A stretch of 64,000 nucleotides of DNA. It comes from an uncultured Bacteroides sp. (GTDB lineage: Bacteria; Bacteroidota; Bacteroidia; Bacteroidales; Bacteroidaceae). Both the position numbers and the translations under genes were made by a program. The DNA is taken from positions 21,334 through 85,333 of the forward strand of contig CAYQOV010000003.1 in assembly GCA_964419245.1 (NCBI GenBank). Reading direction: 5' to 3'. The notes under the pieces were generated by a model. The model did not search any database. It worked only from the letters and a program-made list of their open reading frames with translations, and was not told the origin of the DNA. Every line of letters starts with the position of its first letter. Positions within the stretch are counted from its first letter, which is position 1. Of this stretch, positions 19,972 through 30,746 are shown piece by piece.

Positions 19972-21396
19972 CATTTTTAATCCCATCTTCTCTGCCCGTT
20001 GGAACATAAACTGGCGGGCAGCTTCATATTCGTTAGGAATAACACCGTCAAGAATAGCATCTTTGATGGCACTTTTCAAAGCTCCTACCTGCTGACAGGG
20101 AGGAAGACCGAAAGTACGCATAATCTCTTCACCACTGACAGGAGGCTGAAAATTGCGGATACGGTCGCGTTCTTCCAAATCTTTCAATTTCTGACGTACC
20201 AACTGAAAATTGTCCAAGAAACGCTTCTTACGCTCAGAGTTCTTCGACGTAATATCCGCCTCACATAAAGTCATCAGGTCATCAATGTCGTCACCGGCCT
20301 CAAAAAGCAATCGGCGAACAGCAGAATCCGTAACCTCTTCATCGGCTATCACAATCGGACGCATGTGCAGTCCCACAAGTTTCTGTACATATTTCATTTT
20401 CTCATTCATAGGCAGCTTCATCTTGCGGAAAATATTTGGTATCATCTTCTCGCCTATGAAATTATGGTTATGGAAGGTCCAACCTGCACGCGGATCCCAC
20501 CGCTTCGTGGCAGGTTTGGCAATGTCATGCAGCAGAGCTGCCCAGCGCAACCACAAATTATCAGTCTTACGGCTGATATTGTCGAGCACTTCCAATGTAT
20601 GATAAAAATTATCCTTATGCGCCCGCCCATTGCGAGTCTCTATTCCTTGCAAAGCCACCAATTCAGGAAAAATCAATTCAAGAAGTCCACTTCTGTCCAA
20701 ATCAATAAAGCCCTTTGAAGGAATAGGCGACAACATAATCTTATTCAGTTCGTCTGCAATACGCTCTTTGGAAATAATCCCGATGCGTTCCTTATTACGA
20801 CAAAGCGACTCAAATGTTTCATCATCAATATAGAAATTGAGTTGTGTGGCAAAACGGATGCAACGCATCATGCGCAACGGATCATCGCTGAAAGTAATGT
20901 CTGGATCAAGTGGTGTGCGAATCGTACGTTCCTTCAGATCATCCATTCCACCGAAAGGATCTACCAATTCACCATAACGCGCACTGTTCAAACAAACAGC
21001 CAAGGCATTGATCGTAAAATCGCGTCGGTTCTGATCATCTTCCAATGTGCCATCCTCTACGATAGGCTTCCGTGAATCGTGTGTATAAGATTCCTTGCGG
21101 GCACCGACAAACTCAACCTCCGTCCCCCTATATTTCAACTGGGCTGTACCGAAGTTCTTGAACACGGATACATAAGCTCCACGCCCCAACCGCCGTCCTA
21201 ATGCTTCAGCCATAGCTATTCCACTACCTACCACAACGACATCAATATCCTTTGACGGACGTTGCAGGAATATGTCACGCACGTATCCACCAACGACGTA
21301 ACATTCCAATCCAAGTTCATCGGCCGTTTCAGAGATTTGTTTGAATATCTTAGCATCGAAGCGCTGCTTCAGTTCATCAGCTGTCAGTTCAATCAT
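19960..21396 (-). CDS. cca: CCA tRNA nucleotidyltransferase with HD domain
   Basis: VGGYVRD, DID, RRDFTINAL, DDPLRMMR and LLHDIAK motifs. Confidence 0.95.
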   Translation of the reverse strand: MIELTADELKQRFDAKIFKQISETADELGLECYVVGGYVRDIFLQRPSKDIDVVVVGSGIAMAEALGRRLGRGAYVSVFKNFGTAQLKYRGTEVEFVGARKESYTHDSRKPIVEDGTLEDDQNRRDFTINALAVCLNSARYGELVDPFGGMDDLKERTIRTPLDPDITFSDDPLRMMRCIRFATQLNFYIDDETFESLCRNKERIGIISKERIADELNKIMLSPIPSKGFIDLDRSGLLELIFPELVALQGIETRNGRAHKDNFYHTLEVLDNISRKTDNLWLRWAALLHDIAKPATKRWDPRAGWTFHNHNFIGEKMIPNIFRKMKLPMNEKMKYVQKLVGLHMRPIVIADEEVTDSAVRRLLFEAGDDIDDLMTLCEADITSKNSERKKRFLDNFQLVRQKLKDLEERDRIRNFQPPVSGEEIMRTFGLPPCQQVGALKSAIKDAILDGVIPNEYEAARQFMFQRAEKMGLKMSGE

Positions 21397-21433
21397 AATT
21401 CAGTCTGTTTGCATTTTAATGGTTTCGCGGCGG

Positions 21434-21462
21434 CAAAGATAGCGATATTATTTCTATTTTTG
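21434..21462. promoter_or_regulatory. Back-to-back sigma-A -7 boxes for cca and the divergent lipoprotein
   Basis: TATCTTTG on minus (21434-21441) and TATTTTTG on plus (21455-21462); both match TAnnTTTG. Confidence 0.6.
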
Positions 21463-21514
21463 TCGCGACAAGGACAACCACATTGTAACATCCATAAAAA
21501 TTCAGATTATATAT

Positions 21515-22342
21515 ATGAAAAAAATTATCATTCTAGCATGTCTTTGCAGCACATTGGTTGCATGCGAAAACGTAGAAAAGAAAGCCGCTCTAAAACTGGC
21601 CGAAGCACGTGCCGCCTTCGAAGCCGGCAACTACAACGAAGCGAAGATACAAATAGACAGCATCAAAATACTTTATCCCAAAGCCTTCGACACCCGCCGT
21701 CAGGGTATCTACCTGATGCAGGAAGTCGAACTGAAAGAGCAACAAAAGACACTGGAATATTTGGACAGCATGCTAGCTGTAAAACAACAAGAATTCGAAG
21801 CCATCAAAAACAAATTTATTCTGGAAAAAGACACAGCCTATCAACGTATCGGACATTACCTGGTGCCCGCGCAAGTCATTGAACGAAATCTGCACCGCTC
21901 TTTTCTGAGATTTCAAACAGACGAGACAGGTGTAGTTAGCCTGACATCCATTTATTGTGGCAGTTATAACATCCACCACACAGCCGTAAAGGTAACCGCA
22001 CCCGATGGCAACTTCACGGAAACTTCCGTTTCACGTGACAGTTACGAAACCACCGACTTGGGAGAGCATATCGAAAAAGCAGATTATAAATTAGGAGAAG
22101 ACGGAGGTGTCATAGCTTTTGTGGCAGCCAACAAAGACAAAAACCTTCGTGTTGACTACAAAGGTGAGCGTTCCTATACAACCCACATGCTACCAGCCGA
22201 CCGCCAAGCAGCATCCGATATCTACGAACTTGGCAAAACACTTTCTGCCATCACCGAAATCAAGAAAAATATAGAAGAAGCCAACCTAAAGATACAATTC
22301 ATACAAAAGAAAATGACAGAACGAAAAACAGAAATGGAATAA
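21515..22342 (+). CDS. Hypothetical lipoprotein with coiled-coil segments
   Basis: MKKIIILACLCSTLVAC lipobox; helical N- and C-termini. Confidence 0.85.
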   Translation: MKKIIILACLCSTLVACENVEKKAALKLAEARAAFEAGNYNEAKIQIDSIKILYPKAFDTRRQGIYLMQEVELKEQQKTLEYLDSMLAVKQQEFEAIKNKFILEKDTAYQRIGHYLVPAQVIERNLHRSFLRFQTDETGVVSLTSIYCGSYNIHHTAVKVTAPDGNFTETSVSRDSYETTDLGEHIEKADYKLGEDGGVIAFVAANKDKNLRVDYKGERSYTTHMLPADRQAASDIYELGKTLSAITEIKKNIEEANLKIQFIQKKMTERKTEME

Positions 22343-22359
22343 ATACTATTTCTGTTTTC

Positions 22360-22411
22360 AAAACGACTGCGGAGCATCTTCTCACGAAGACACTCCGCAG
22401 CGTTTCTTTTT
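22360..22411 (+). terminator. Intrinsic terminator
   Basis: AAACG-A-CTGCGGAG-CA-TCTTC / GAAGA-CA-CTCCGCAG-CGTTT stem followed by CTTTTT. Confidence 0.8.
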
Positions 22412-22495
22412 CATCAATAAAAATTAAGAATAAAGAAACTATTATGTAAAGTTAAACTAACCAGGACATTTCCTGGCGAGAGAATATTTCTTTTT

Positions 22496-23368
22496 TTAAT
22501 CTGCAACAAAACGATCATATACTCCACCAACATTGCTATACCCCAATGTTCCTTCTGAAACGTAATAACTAATGCACAAAAAACAATTGTAATTTGCATA
22601 CATACCACTTTGGTAACCACTATTTGTTACAAAAGCATCATTACCTTGCCAATATCCTATATCACGTACACTAATTGCTCCATAGTTTCCATAAGTAAAA
22701 GGTGTATCAGCTGCCGGTATTCTAAAGAAACGATAAGTGCCATTATCATCTGAACCTGTATAATCAATAAGATTAATTTTCATAGAATAACCTTCCCCAA
22801 ACACATCTTTAAAGCGATATAAATCAGGATTCGTCGTACAAACCTGCAAAACTGTTGCTGCACTTTCTACACCTATAAATTTCTTACCCAAATCGAAATA
22901 ATAAGTACCTGAAACTACATCATTCCAATCCAATCCTGTAAAAGTCGTTTCAGAAGAAGTTTTAGTCTTTGCGGATACAGCTACAGCAGTAATAGTATAC
23001 TCACCATAAAGGTCTGTTACTACCACATCAACAGTTGTTGACCCTGAAGCACCTTCTATTTTTATACCTTCAGATACGACATAGTCTTTATAGCCCTCTT
23101 CACCCATTGAAGCCACATTAGCTTCTTTAGTTTCAGTCGGTTCCACCAAATAATAGGCAGACTCTGTTTTACTGTTTGTAGCAAAACGCAAGACTACATC
23201 ATTATCAGGGTTATTAGGACGACTGGCTGCATACTGATAAATTAATATAGATGGTTCAGAATCATTACCAGGCTCCGTACCTTCATCTACTATACAAGAT
23301 GTAAAAGTAGCCACCCCTCCCAACAAAAAGAGAAGTACATATATAAATAAATTCTTTTTCATAAACAT
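22496..23368 (-). CDS. Surface lipoprotein accessory to SusC/SusD
   Basis: Lipobox FTSC followed by acidic residues; third gene of the cassette. Confidence 0.85.
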   Translation of the reverse strand: MFMKKNLFIYVLLFLLGGVATFTSCIVDEGTEPGNDSEPSILIYQYAASRPNNPDNDVVLRFATNSKTESAYYLVEPTETKEANVASMGEEGYKDYVVSEGIKIEGASGSTTVDVVVTDLYGEYTITAVAVSAKTKTSSETTFTGLDWNDVVSGTYYFDLGKKFIGVESAATVLQVCTTNPDLYRFKDVFGEGYSMKINLIDYTGSDDNGTYRFFRIPAADTPFTYGNYGAISVRDIGYWQGNDAFVTNSGYQSGMYANYNCFLCISYYVSEGTLGYSNVGGVYDRFVAD

Positions 23369-23394
23369 TATCTTTTAACCATTACTATTAATTA

Positions 23395-25092
23395 TCACCA
23401 CGCATGTTCAGGAGAATCACTTGTAGGCATCAACGGAGTCGGATTATTTGTACAAGCAACATTATAATTGGTTTCAGTCTGTACAATACAGAAATCCATC
23501 CAATTGGGATGTACATTTCCATCATTAATCCCATAACCTCCATAATTCCACCGATAACCTTCCGGGTGATTGGTATTAGCGTAGCTACGAATAATACCTT
23601 TATCCAAACGTTTAATGTCGAACATTGCAAAACCTTCACCCCACAATTCTACGCGACGCTGCCACCAAACCTCATTTTGGAATGTGGTTGCATATGAACT
23701 ACCATATCCTTCTGCATGTTCTCCATACGTAAATTCGGCATCACGTGTCTTTGCAAATTCAGTCAACAACTGAATACCATTTGCTTCATTCTGCATACCA
23801 GCAGCCTCTATCTCTATCAACTTCATTTCTTCTACACGCATTAATGGAACTGCAACAGTAAAAGCCGTATATTGGTTATTATGTTCACCGCCAGCAGGAC
23901 GGAATTTTACTTCCAGACCACCCACGACGCCCGATGGAGTAGCTTCTGCCGTAATTAAAAGTCCATCAGGAACATCACTATAAGCAGAAAGAGCTTCTAA
24001 GGCTTCAGCTTCTCCCATCTCATCTATTGCAAAATCTACAAAGTTCTTTTTACGAAAATCAGTATCCGGAATTGTTTGATAAAGATGATAATCTATATAG
24101 TTAGGAGTACCATAGCTACCAGCATAACCGCAACCGGAACCCGTAACCTCAATAATCATCTGAGATCCCCAACTACTATCAGCATCATTCAGCAGAATGT
24201 TATCATCTGTACTTTTAAAAGTCACACCAAACATCCAAGCCGAATTAGGAGAATTGAATCCAGTTGTCCGAGAATTATATTCGGCTTCCGACATCATGGT
24301 ATAACCAACCTGAGCTTTCTTAGCATAAAGTTCCGCATTGGCCCAATCTTCCATTGTCAAATATGCACGGGCTTTCAGACCGTAAACGACAGACAAGTCT
24401 GGAGTATATACATCCTCACGTTCATAATCTGCTAAATAAATTTCTGCCTTATCCAAATCTGAAAGAATCTGAGCCCACATCACTTCATTCGTAGCACGAG
24501 GATTATTAGACAAATCAGCTACTGCCGTAGACTCTAAAATAAGAGGTACCGTTTCTGAACTCTTATCTTGGCCATAAGTTTTCTGAGCAAACATACGCGC
24601 TAAATCCATATAAAACATAGCACGCATTGCATATGCAATACCCACACCTGACATTTTATCATCAGAAGGTTCCGTTCCTGCTAAAGATATCACCGTATTA
24701 CAATTCTTAATCCAACCATAATAATATGTCCATGGCATTTGACAAACTGCATATTGAGGTCCAAGTCCCGTACCACAGCCATACCAAGTTGTATACCATT
24801 CTGAACCAAAATCTTCTACAGCAATATCTTGCCCCATTACATCACGGGCCAAAAAGAAGGAAGGATACCCAAAGTCATATGGATAAGAATTGCCCGTTCC
24901 TCCATATTCAAAAGAGCCACACAACGAGTTCGTTATAGCCGTTACAAAATTATCAAACGAACCTGGCGCATTTCCAGCTTGCTCACCAGTGACTGTACTT
25001 GAATGTGGATCAATTTCTTGAATACAGCTGACAGCAAGTAAAAGCCCAGCTGTTGCAACCGATAATGATTTTATAATATTTTTCATATACAT
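23395..25092 (-). CDS. RagB/SusD-family lipoprotein
   Basis: Lipobox AVSC; LKARAYL, LMRVEEMKL and RRVELWGEGFAMFDIKR motifs. Confidence 0.95.
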   Translation of the reverse strand: MYMKNIIKSLSVATAGLLLAVSCIQEIDPHSSTVTGEQAGNAPGSFDNFVTAITNSLCGSFEYGGTGNSYPYDFGYPSFFLARDVMGQDIAVEDFGSEWYTTWYGCGTGLGPQYAVCQMPWTYYYGWIKNCNTVISLAGTEPSDDKMSGVGIAYAMRAMFYMDLARMFAQKTYGQDKSSETVPLILESTAVADLSNNPRATNEVMWAQILSDLDKAEIYLADYEREDVYTPDLSVVYGLKARAYLTMEDWANAELYAKKAQVGYTMMSEAEYNSRTTGFNSPNSAWMFGVTFKSTDDNILLNDADSSWGSQMIIEVTGSGCGYAGSYGTPNYIDYHLYQTIPDTDFRKKNFVDFAIDEMGEAEALEALSAYSDVPDGLLITAEATPSGVVGGLEVKFRPAGGEHNNQYTAFTVAVPLMRVEEMKLIEIEAAGMQNEANGIQLLTEFAKTRDAEFTYGEHAEGYGSSYATTFQNEVWWQRRVELWGEGFAMFDIKRLDKGIIRSYANTNHPEGYRWNYGGYGINDGNVHPNWMDFCIVQTETNYNVACTNNPTPLMPTSDSPEHAW

Positions 25093-25113
25093 AAATTCTT
25101 TTCCTTTTCAAAA

Positions 25114-28100
25114 TTAGAATGTTAACTGAATACCTCCCATAATAGTACGTACCGGAGAATAAACATTTACCGATGCACTAGAGGAATAAGAGTAACGCGG
25201 ATCAAGTCCTTTACGTGCAGACCAGAAACATAAATTCTCTCCAGAAGCATATACACGAAGCTTACGTAAATTCATTTTAGAAGTCAGGCTGTTTGGCAAA
25301 GTATAACCAATCGTAAACGATTGGAAATTAAGGTACTTAGCACTCGTTAACCAACGATTTGAAGTAGCAGATGTATATTGATCGCCATATTGCATACGTG
25401 GTATACTACTTGACGTATTATTGGGTGTCCAAGCTTTGAGAGCGTCTACATGAATAGCATTACCAGCTCCTGAAGCAGATGCAATATTTCCCATAAGTCC
25501 CTGATACATACTATCAAAGATCTTTCCGCCAATTTGGTAATCAAACATCAAAGAAACATCAATACCATAAGCTGTCAAAGATGTGCCAAATCCGCCATAT
25601 GCTTTCGGAAGAGTAGTTCCTTGTTCATATTTTGTAGCTTCATTAGGATTGGTAGTTGTAAACGAGTGCTTGGTACCCGGCATACTAGTAGCATTAGTGG
25701 TACCATATAAATCTTCATCAACCCAATAAGTTGCTTCACCTTTTTCATTTGTACCAGCATATTCCACACAGAAATAATTGTAAAGCGGACCACCGACTTC
25801 ATACCACATACTACTTTCTGTGAAACCACCTAACTGATTGGTTTTTGACTCAGGTAATGCTAAGATTTTACTCTTATTATGAGATATATTGAATTGTACA
25901 CTCCAATCTATGTCTTTTGTACGAATAATAGAACCTTGCAAGCTCAATTCTACACCAGAGTTACGTATATCACCTACGTTTCCATAATATCCACGTGTAC
26001 CTGCAGACTCTGGTATTGAAAGCCAAAAGAGCAAATCAGTAGTTTTCTTATTATAATAATCAATGTTACCCGTCAGGCGACTATTGAATAAATTAAACTC
26101 TAATCCGACATTGAGATTGGTAGTTGTTTCCCAAGTAATATCAGGATTTCCCATCTGAGCAAATGAAGCTGACATCTGCGTTTCCGATGCAGGAGTCAAA
26201 GAATAAAGGTCTGTATAAGCCCAGTCACCGATATTATCATTACCTTGCTGACCAATAGAAAATTTCAATTTCAGTTCATCCACCCAATTGGCATTGAAAA
26301 AATTCTCCTTGTTAATCAACCATGCAGCACCAACTGACCAGAAGTTACCCCAACGATTCTCTTTAGCAAAGCGAGAAGATGCATCACGACGGAAAGAAGC
26401 AGAAGCAAAATACTTTTCATCATAATTATATTGCAAATTGCCAAAATAACCTTCCACATTATATTCACTTGTATAAGAGTTGGAGCTAACCGGATTTGCA
26501 GCAGCATTTATTTCTTGAATATCAGGTGAGAACAAACCTTGTGCATAAGCATATAAATAGGTCGTTTTAGTATAATAATACTCATGTCCCAACATAACAT
26601 TTATATTATGTTTGTCGAACTGATCAAAATAAGTCAATGTCTGGACATGATTCTGACGTATATTATCGCTTTGATATTTATCTACCTGTCCATTTACTGA
26701 TACCGAAGGACCATATAAAGAATTAGAATAATAAGAATAATTAGTATGTCCCCAGTCAACAGTACTTGTTACATTAGCTTTCAAGAAATCTGTAAAGTTC
26801 AAATCCAAAGTAAAAGTTCCATTAAACTTCTGTCCTTCCGAAGTAGTATCGTTATATCGATTGGATCCCAAAGGATTACCTGTAGGCAAGAAAGCACGAG
26901 TCAATCCCGGATAGTTACTTGCAGCCACACCGTAATCATATTGCGGATTACCATTCTCGTCAGTACGGATCTGCGGATTTCCGTTAGCATCAAGGACGCG
27001 TACATAAATCGGATAAATAGGAGCAATTTTAGATGTATAATACATCAGGTTCGTACTGTTCCAACTAGTACCTAAATTAGGATTAGACTCTGTTTTTGAA
27101 TTTGTATAACCAATATTTGCACCTAATTTCAGCCAATCAAGAGCCTGATAATCAGCCTTAACACGAGCTGAAAGACGGTTAAAACCAGAATATTCGATAA
27201 TACCATCCTCATCCAAATAGTTCAAGCTTGCATAAAAAGCTCCTTTATCATTTGCACCGTTAACACTGACATTATATTCCTGACGAAGCGCTGTGCTATA
27301 AGCCGCGTCACGCCAATTGTCATTAATCAAATAATAGGTTTCTCCATTGGCCTCATACGAACGCCCCAAAGTAGCATTCGGGTTTAATTTGCCGTCCGTA
27401 CCAATCAGAAATTCTCCATCGGGAACAGTATAAATATTATATCCCAATTGGTTCAACATCGTATTATTAGCATTTGCATTGGCTGTAGCAATATTCTGGC
27501 CAAGCCCATAATAATAATAGTTATAATACTGGCCATAAATCGTTTCATAATATTGGCCTGGGTCATTGATTGTTTCATAATCTTGAATGGCTCGGCTATT
27601 CGCACCCCATTTCACGTCTACATTTACCTGAGCTTTTTTAGTTTTACCACTCTTAGTCGTAACCAAAATAACACCTGCAGCACCACGTGCTCCATAAAGT
27701 GCAGCAGAAGCCGCATCTTTCAAGACCGTAATAGATTCAATATCTTCTTGAGCAATATTACTCAACGAAGCGCTATAAGGCGCACCGTCTACAATAATTA
27801 GCGGATCCGTATCAGCATACATGGAAGCAATACCACGTATCTTAATACTTCCTTGACTAGCACCTGGAGCACCCGAACTACCACGCAATTGCAAACCCGG
27901 CGTACTGCCGACCAACGCATTGGCAACATTAGTCGTAATATGCTTCGATAATTCTTCATTGCTCATCACTGCAGCAGAACCTGTAAATGAACTCTTCTTC
28001 TGAGTACCAAAAGCTACTACCATTACTTCATCAAGAATTTCCGTATCCGGCTTCAAGGTTACAAGAATCGTACCACGCTTAATTGGCACATCTTGAGCCT

Positions 28101-28341
28101 GCATTCCAACAAAAGAAATACGCAAGTTCTTTGCAGAACCTGGTACATTAGAAATTGTAAACCGACCATCAACGTCAGTAACAGTACCCAGAGAAGTCCC
28201 CAATACAAGGACTGACGCTCCAATAACAGGCTCACCATCTTCTTCTGAAGTTACAATACCTGTAACAGTGGATGTCTGAGCCGTCACGTGGCTTATACCC
28301 ATAAAAAGGCAAGCCAACAACAACATTAATTTTTCCTTCAT
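25114..28341 (-). CDS. SusC/RagA-family TonB-dependent transporter
   Basis: IESITVLKDAASAALYGARGAAGVILVTTK plug signature, RRDASSRF, GNPDITWETT, terminal IQLTF. Confidence 0.97.
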   Translation of the reverse strand: MKEKLMLLLACLFMGISHVTAQTSTVTGIVTSEEDGEPVIGASVLVLGTSLGTVTDVDGRFTISNVPGSAKNLRISFVGMQAQDVPIKRGTILVTLKPDTEILDEVMVVAFGTQKKSSFTGSAAVMSNEELSKHITTNVANALVGSTPGLQLRGSSGAPGASQGSIKIRGIASMYADTDPLIIVDGAPYSASLSNIAQEDIESITVLKDAASAALYGARGAAGVILVTTKSGKTKKAQVNVDVKWGANSRAIQDYETINDPGQYYETIYGQYYNYYYYGLGQNIATANANANNTMLNQLGYNIYTVPDGEFLIGTDGKLNPNATLGRSYEANGETYYLINDNWRDAAYSTALRQEYNVSVNGANDKGAFYASLNYLDEDGIIEYSGFNRLSARVKADYQALDWLKLGANIGYTNSKTESNPNLGTSWNSTNLMYYTSKIAPIYPIYVRVLDANGNPQIRTDENGNPQYDYGVAASNYPGLTRAFLPTGNPLGSNRYNDTTSEGQKFNGTFTLDLNFTDFLKANVTSTVDWGHTNYSYYSNSLYGPSVSVNGQVDKYQSDNIRQNHVQTLTYFDQFDKHNINVMLGHEYYYTKTTYLYAYAQGLFSPDIQEINAAANPVSSNSYTSEYNVEGYFGNLQYNYDEKYFASASFRRDASSRFAKENRWGNFWSVGAAWLINKENFFNANWVDELKLKFSIGQQGNDNIGDWAYTDLYSLTPASETQMSASFAQMGNPDITWETTTNLNVGLEFNLFNSRLTGNIDYYNKKTTDLLFWLSIPESAGTRGYYGNVGDIRNSGVELSLQGSIIRTKDIDWSVQFNISHNKSKILALPESKTNQLGGFTESSMWYEVGGPLYNYFCVEYAGTNEKGEATYWVDEDLYGTTNATSMPGTKHSFTTTNPNEATKYEQGTTLPKAYGGFGTSLTAYGIDVSLMFDYQIGGKIFDSMYQGLMGNIASASGAGNAIHVDALKAWTPNNTSSSIPRMQYGDQYTSATSNRWLTSAKYLNFQSFTIGYTLPNSLTSKMNLRKLRVYASGENLCFWSARKGLDPRYSYSSSASVNVYSPVRTIMGGIQLTF

Positions 28342-28719
28342 AAATTCTCTCTTAAAATTAACCTATTAAAACTCTTTTTAATCCAAATCACAGGCAAATG
28401 TATTTTATATGATTTAAAAATCAAAGAAAATAAAATAGAAAAATCATATTAAAGCTTATATTTAACACAAAACGATATTTTATCAAATACAAGCATATAT
28501 TATTTTCATATTATCACTTTAACAACGCAATATATTTATTCTTATAAAAACAAGCATTTTCTACTATTTATATTTTTATACATATACCATATAAAACAAC
28601 CATATTATTAACATTCAAAAGCAATATAAATAAGATTTATTCACAATAAAACCATAAAAAAAACACATATCACAAGCCACCTAAATTAACATTTAAATAT
28701 TAAATATTATAAATAAAAA

Positions 28720-28840
28720 AAGAGGATTAGTATATCAGATTATATATTAATTAGTAGACGTGGACAAATTCAACCAACCACACGCCTATATATAAAACTG
28801 ATATAGTAATCCTCTTCGGGATTAGCCTTTTTAAGGCTAA
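28720..28840. other. Structured intergenic element: 19-bp inverted repeat plus overlapping smaller hairpins
   Basis: AAGAGGATTAGTATATCAG (28720-28738) pairs with CTGATATAGTAATCCTCTT (28798-28816), one mismatch. A T-run follows on the minus strand. Confidence 0.65.
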
Positions 28841-28883
28841 AATGCACTCTCTTTCATTGAGAACCTAACAGGTTACAATATTC

Positions 28884-30194
28884 CTACCATCTGTTACGAA
28901 CCGTACGATAGCCATACCACGATATGACGATAAAACAGATAAAGGGAAGAAGGAAAGACAGATTAACTGCCGGAAAACCACCGACAGTCTTCATATCAAT
29001 TACAAGTGCCTGCAACGGAGGCAACACAGAGCCTCCCAATATAGCCATGATCAGACCAGCCGCACCAAACTTGGCATCTTCGCCAAGCCCTTTCAACGCA
29101 ATACCATAAATGGTAGGAAACATCAGAGACATGCAAGCCGAAATGGCAACCAACGAATACAAGCCATAAATATTCTGCAAGAAGACAGCCCCCAACGTAA
29201 ACACGCCTCCCAACACGGCCAAAATCATCAGCAAGCGGCCTGCATTCAGATAACGAAGAATAAAGGTACAAACAAAACGACTGATACAGAAGATGACCAT
29301 CGCCACAATATTATACTTCTGCGAAAGGACTTCTGCCGCCTTTTCTTCCATACCTTGCGACATGAAAAGATGCGTACCATACTGGATAATGAACGTCCAG
29401 CACATGATTTGCGCACCTACATAAAAGAATTGCGCAATAACACCTTCCCGATAGCGGGATTGTGTAAAGATACGCTTCAAGGTCGGAACAAAATTTATAT
29501 CGTGGTTTTCCTCCCCATTTTTAGGCATCTTGACCAAACGGATCAGTATCAGCATCAGCAAGATAACCAGACCAATGGCCAGATAAGGAGCAATCAGCAC
29601 ACTGAGATCACTATCTTTGATCGCCTCAAACTCCTGCTCGCCCAAGAGAGCACGATCGGCCGTATCGAGTGGATGAAGACGCGCCTGAATAAAGTTCATA
29701 GCCACATACATTCCAGCCAGCGATCCAATCGGATTGAAAGACTGAGCCAGATTCAGCCTTCGAGTAGCAGTTTCCTCGGTACCCATGGAAAGGATATAGG
29801 GATTGCAACTGGTTTCCAAGAAAGAGAGTCCACAGGTCAAAATAAAATATGCAATCAAGAAAGGATAATACTCTCCTGTCATCTTGGCGGGGAAGAAAAG
29901 GAAAGCTCCGAAAGCATACATGCCGAGCCCCAACAAGACTCCAGCCTTGTACGAATACCTGCGGATAAACATAGCGGCAGGAAAGGCCATGGCGAAGTAT
30001 CCACCATAAAACGCTACCTGCACCAATGCACCATCGGTAGCACTCATACGGAAAATTTTGGAGAAAGCCTTCACCATCGGATTGGTAATGTCGTTGGCAA
30101 ATCCCCACAAGGCAAAACAAGAAGTTATCAACACAAAAGGAATCAGGTAACTTACGCCGTCCTTTGAAAGAATGGAAGCTTTATCGGTTTTCAT
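28884..30194 (-). CDS. fucP: L-fucose:H+ symporter (MFS, FHS family)
   Basis: FALWGFAND, LETSCNPY, RRLNLAQSFN, FFYVGAQ and SLMFPTIY motifs; located in the fuc operon. Confidence 0.92.
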   Translation of the reverse strand: MKTDKASILSKDGVSYLIPFVLITSCFALWGFANDITNPMVKAFSKIFRMSATDGALVQVAFYGGYFAMAFPAAMFIRRYSYKAGVLLGLGMYAFGAFLFFPAKMTGEYYPFLIAYFILTCGLSFLETSCNPYILSMGTEETATRRLNLAQSFNPIGSLAGMYVAMNFIQARLHPLDTADRALLGEQEFEAIKDSDLSVLIAPYLAIGLVILLMLILIRLVKMPKNGEENHDINFVPTLKRIFTQSRYREGVIAQFFYVGAQIMCWTFIIQYGTHLFMSQGMEEKAAEVLSQKYNIVAMVIFCISRFVCTFILRYLNAGRLLMILAVLGGVFTLGAVFLQNIYGLYSLVAISACMSLMFPTIYGIALKGLGEDAKFGAAGLIMAILGGSVLPPLQALVIDMKTVGGFPAVNLSFLLPFICFIVISWYGYRTVRNRW

Positions 30195-30215
30195 GGTTTC
30201 TTATCGGATCTATTA

Positions 30216-30605
30216 TTACTCATACAAATGGAACATCCGTTCCATCAGTTTCCATTTTCCAGCAGAGCTAGCTTGAGGATCAGCCTGCTGAAAGACTGAC
30301 ATATAGGCCTCCCATTCACGTTGTCTGGGCAGTGTGTCCAGCCGGGCCATCGCCGTATCCCAATCGAAATCGAGCGGCGTCTCTACGATCATAAAAAGAC
30401 GTGTGCCCACTATATATATTTCCATTTCCAGAATACCCACTTCACGAATGCCCGCCAATATTTCCGGCCACACTTCCGCACGGCTATGGCGCTTCCGATA
30501 TTCGGCTATCAATTCAGGATTGTCACGCAAGTCAAGTGTCTGGCAATATCTTTTTACAGGTACATGATAGGTCTGTACACGATAACCCTCTTGAGGAGTG
30601 TCCAT
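30216..30605 (-). CDS. L-rhamnose/L-fucose mutarotase (RhaM family)
   Basis: EYRKRH...VWPEI...GILEMEIY motif; lies between fucI and fucP. Confidence 0.88.
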   Translation of the reverse strand: MDTPQEGYRVQTYHVPVKRYCQTLDLRDNPELIAEYRKRHSRAEVWPEILAGIREVGILEMEIYIVGTRLFMIVETPLDFDWDTAMARLDTLPRQREWEAYMSVFQQADPQASSAGKWKLMERMFHLYE

Positions 30606-30643
30606 GATGTTCTCGTTTTTTTAATTTCGATTCATTAATATGA

Positions 30644-30729
30644 TAGAAACAAAGCATTGCTTTCGTACGGACAAAGCATCGTTTTCTACTCAAGAAAGCA
30701 ATGCTTTCATCCGACGAAAGCAAGACTTC
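30644..30729. repeat. Four degenerate 22-bp tandem units (AAAGCA..GCTTTC)
   Basis: AAAGCA recurs at 30651, 30673, 30695 and 30717. Confidence 0.75.
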
Positions 30730-30746
30730 ACCCTAACGTGTTATTT

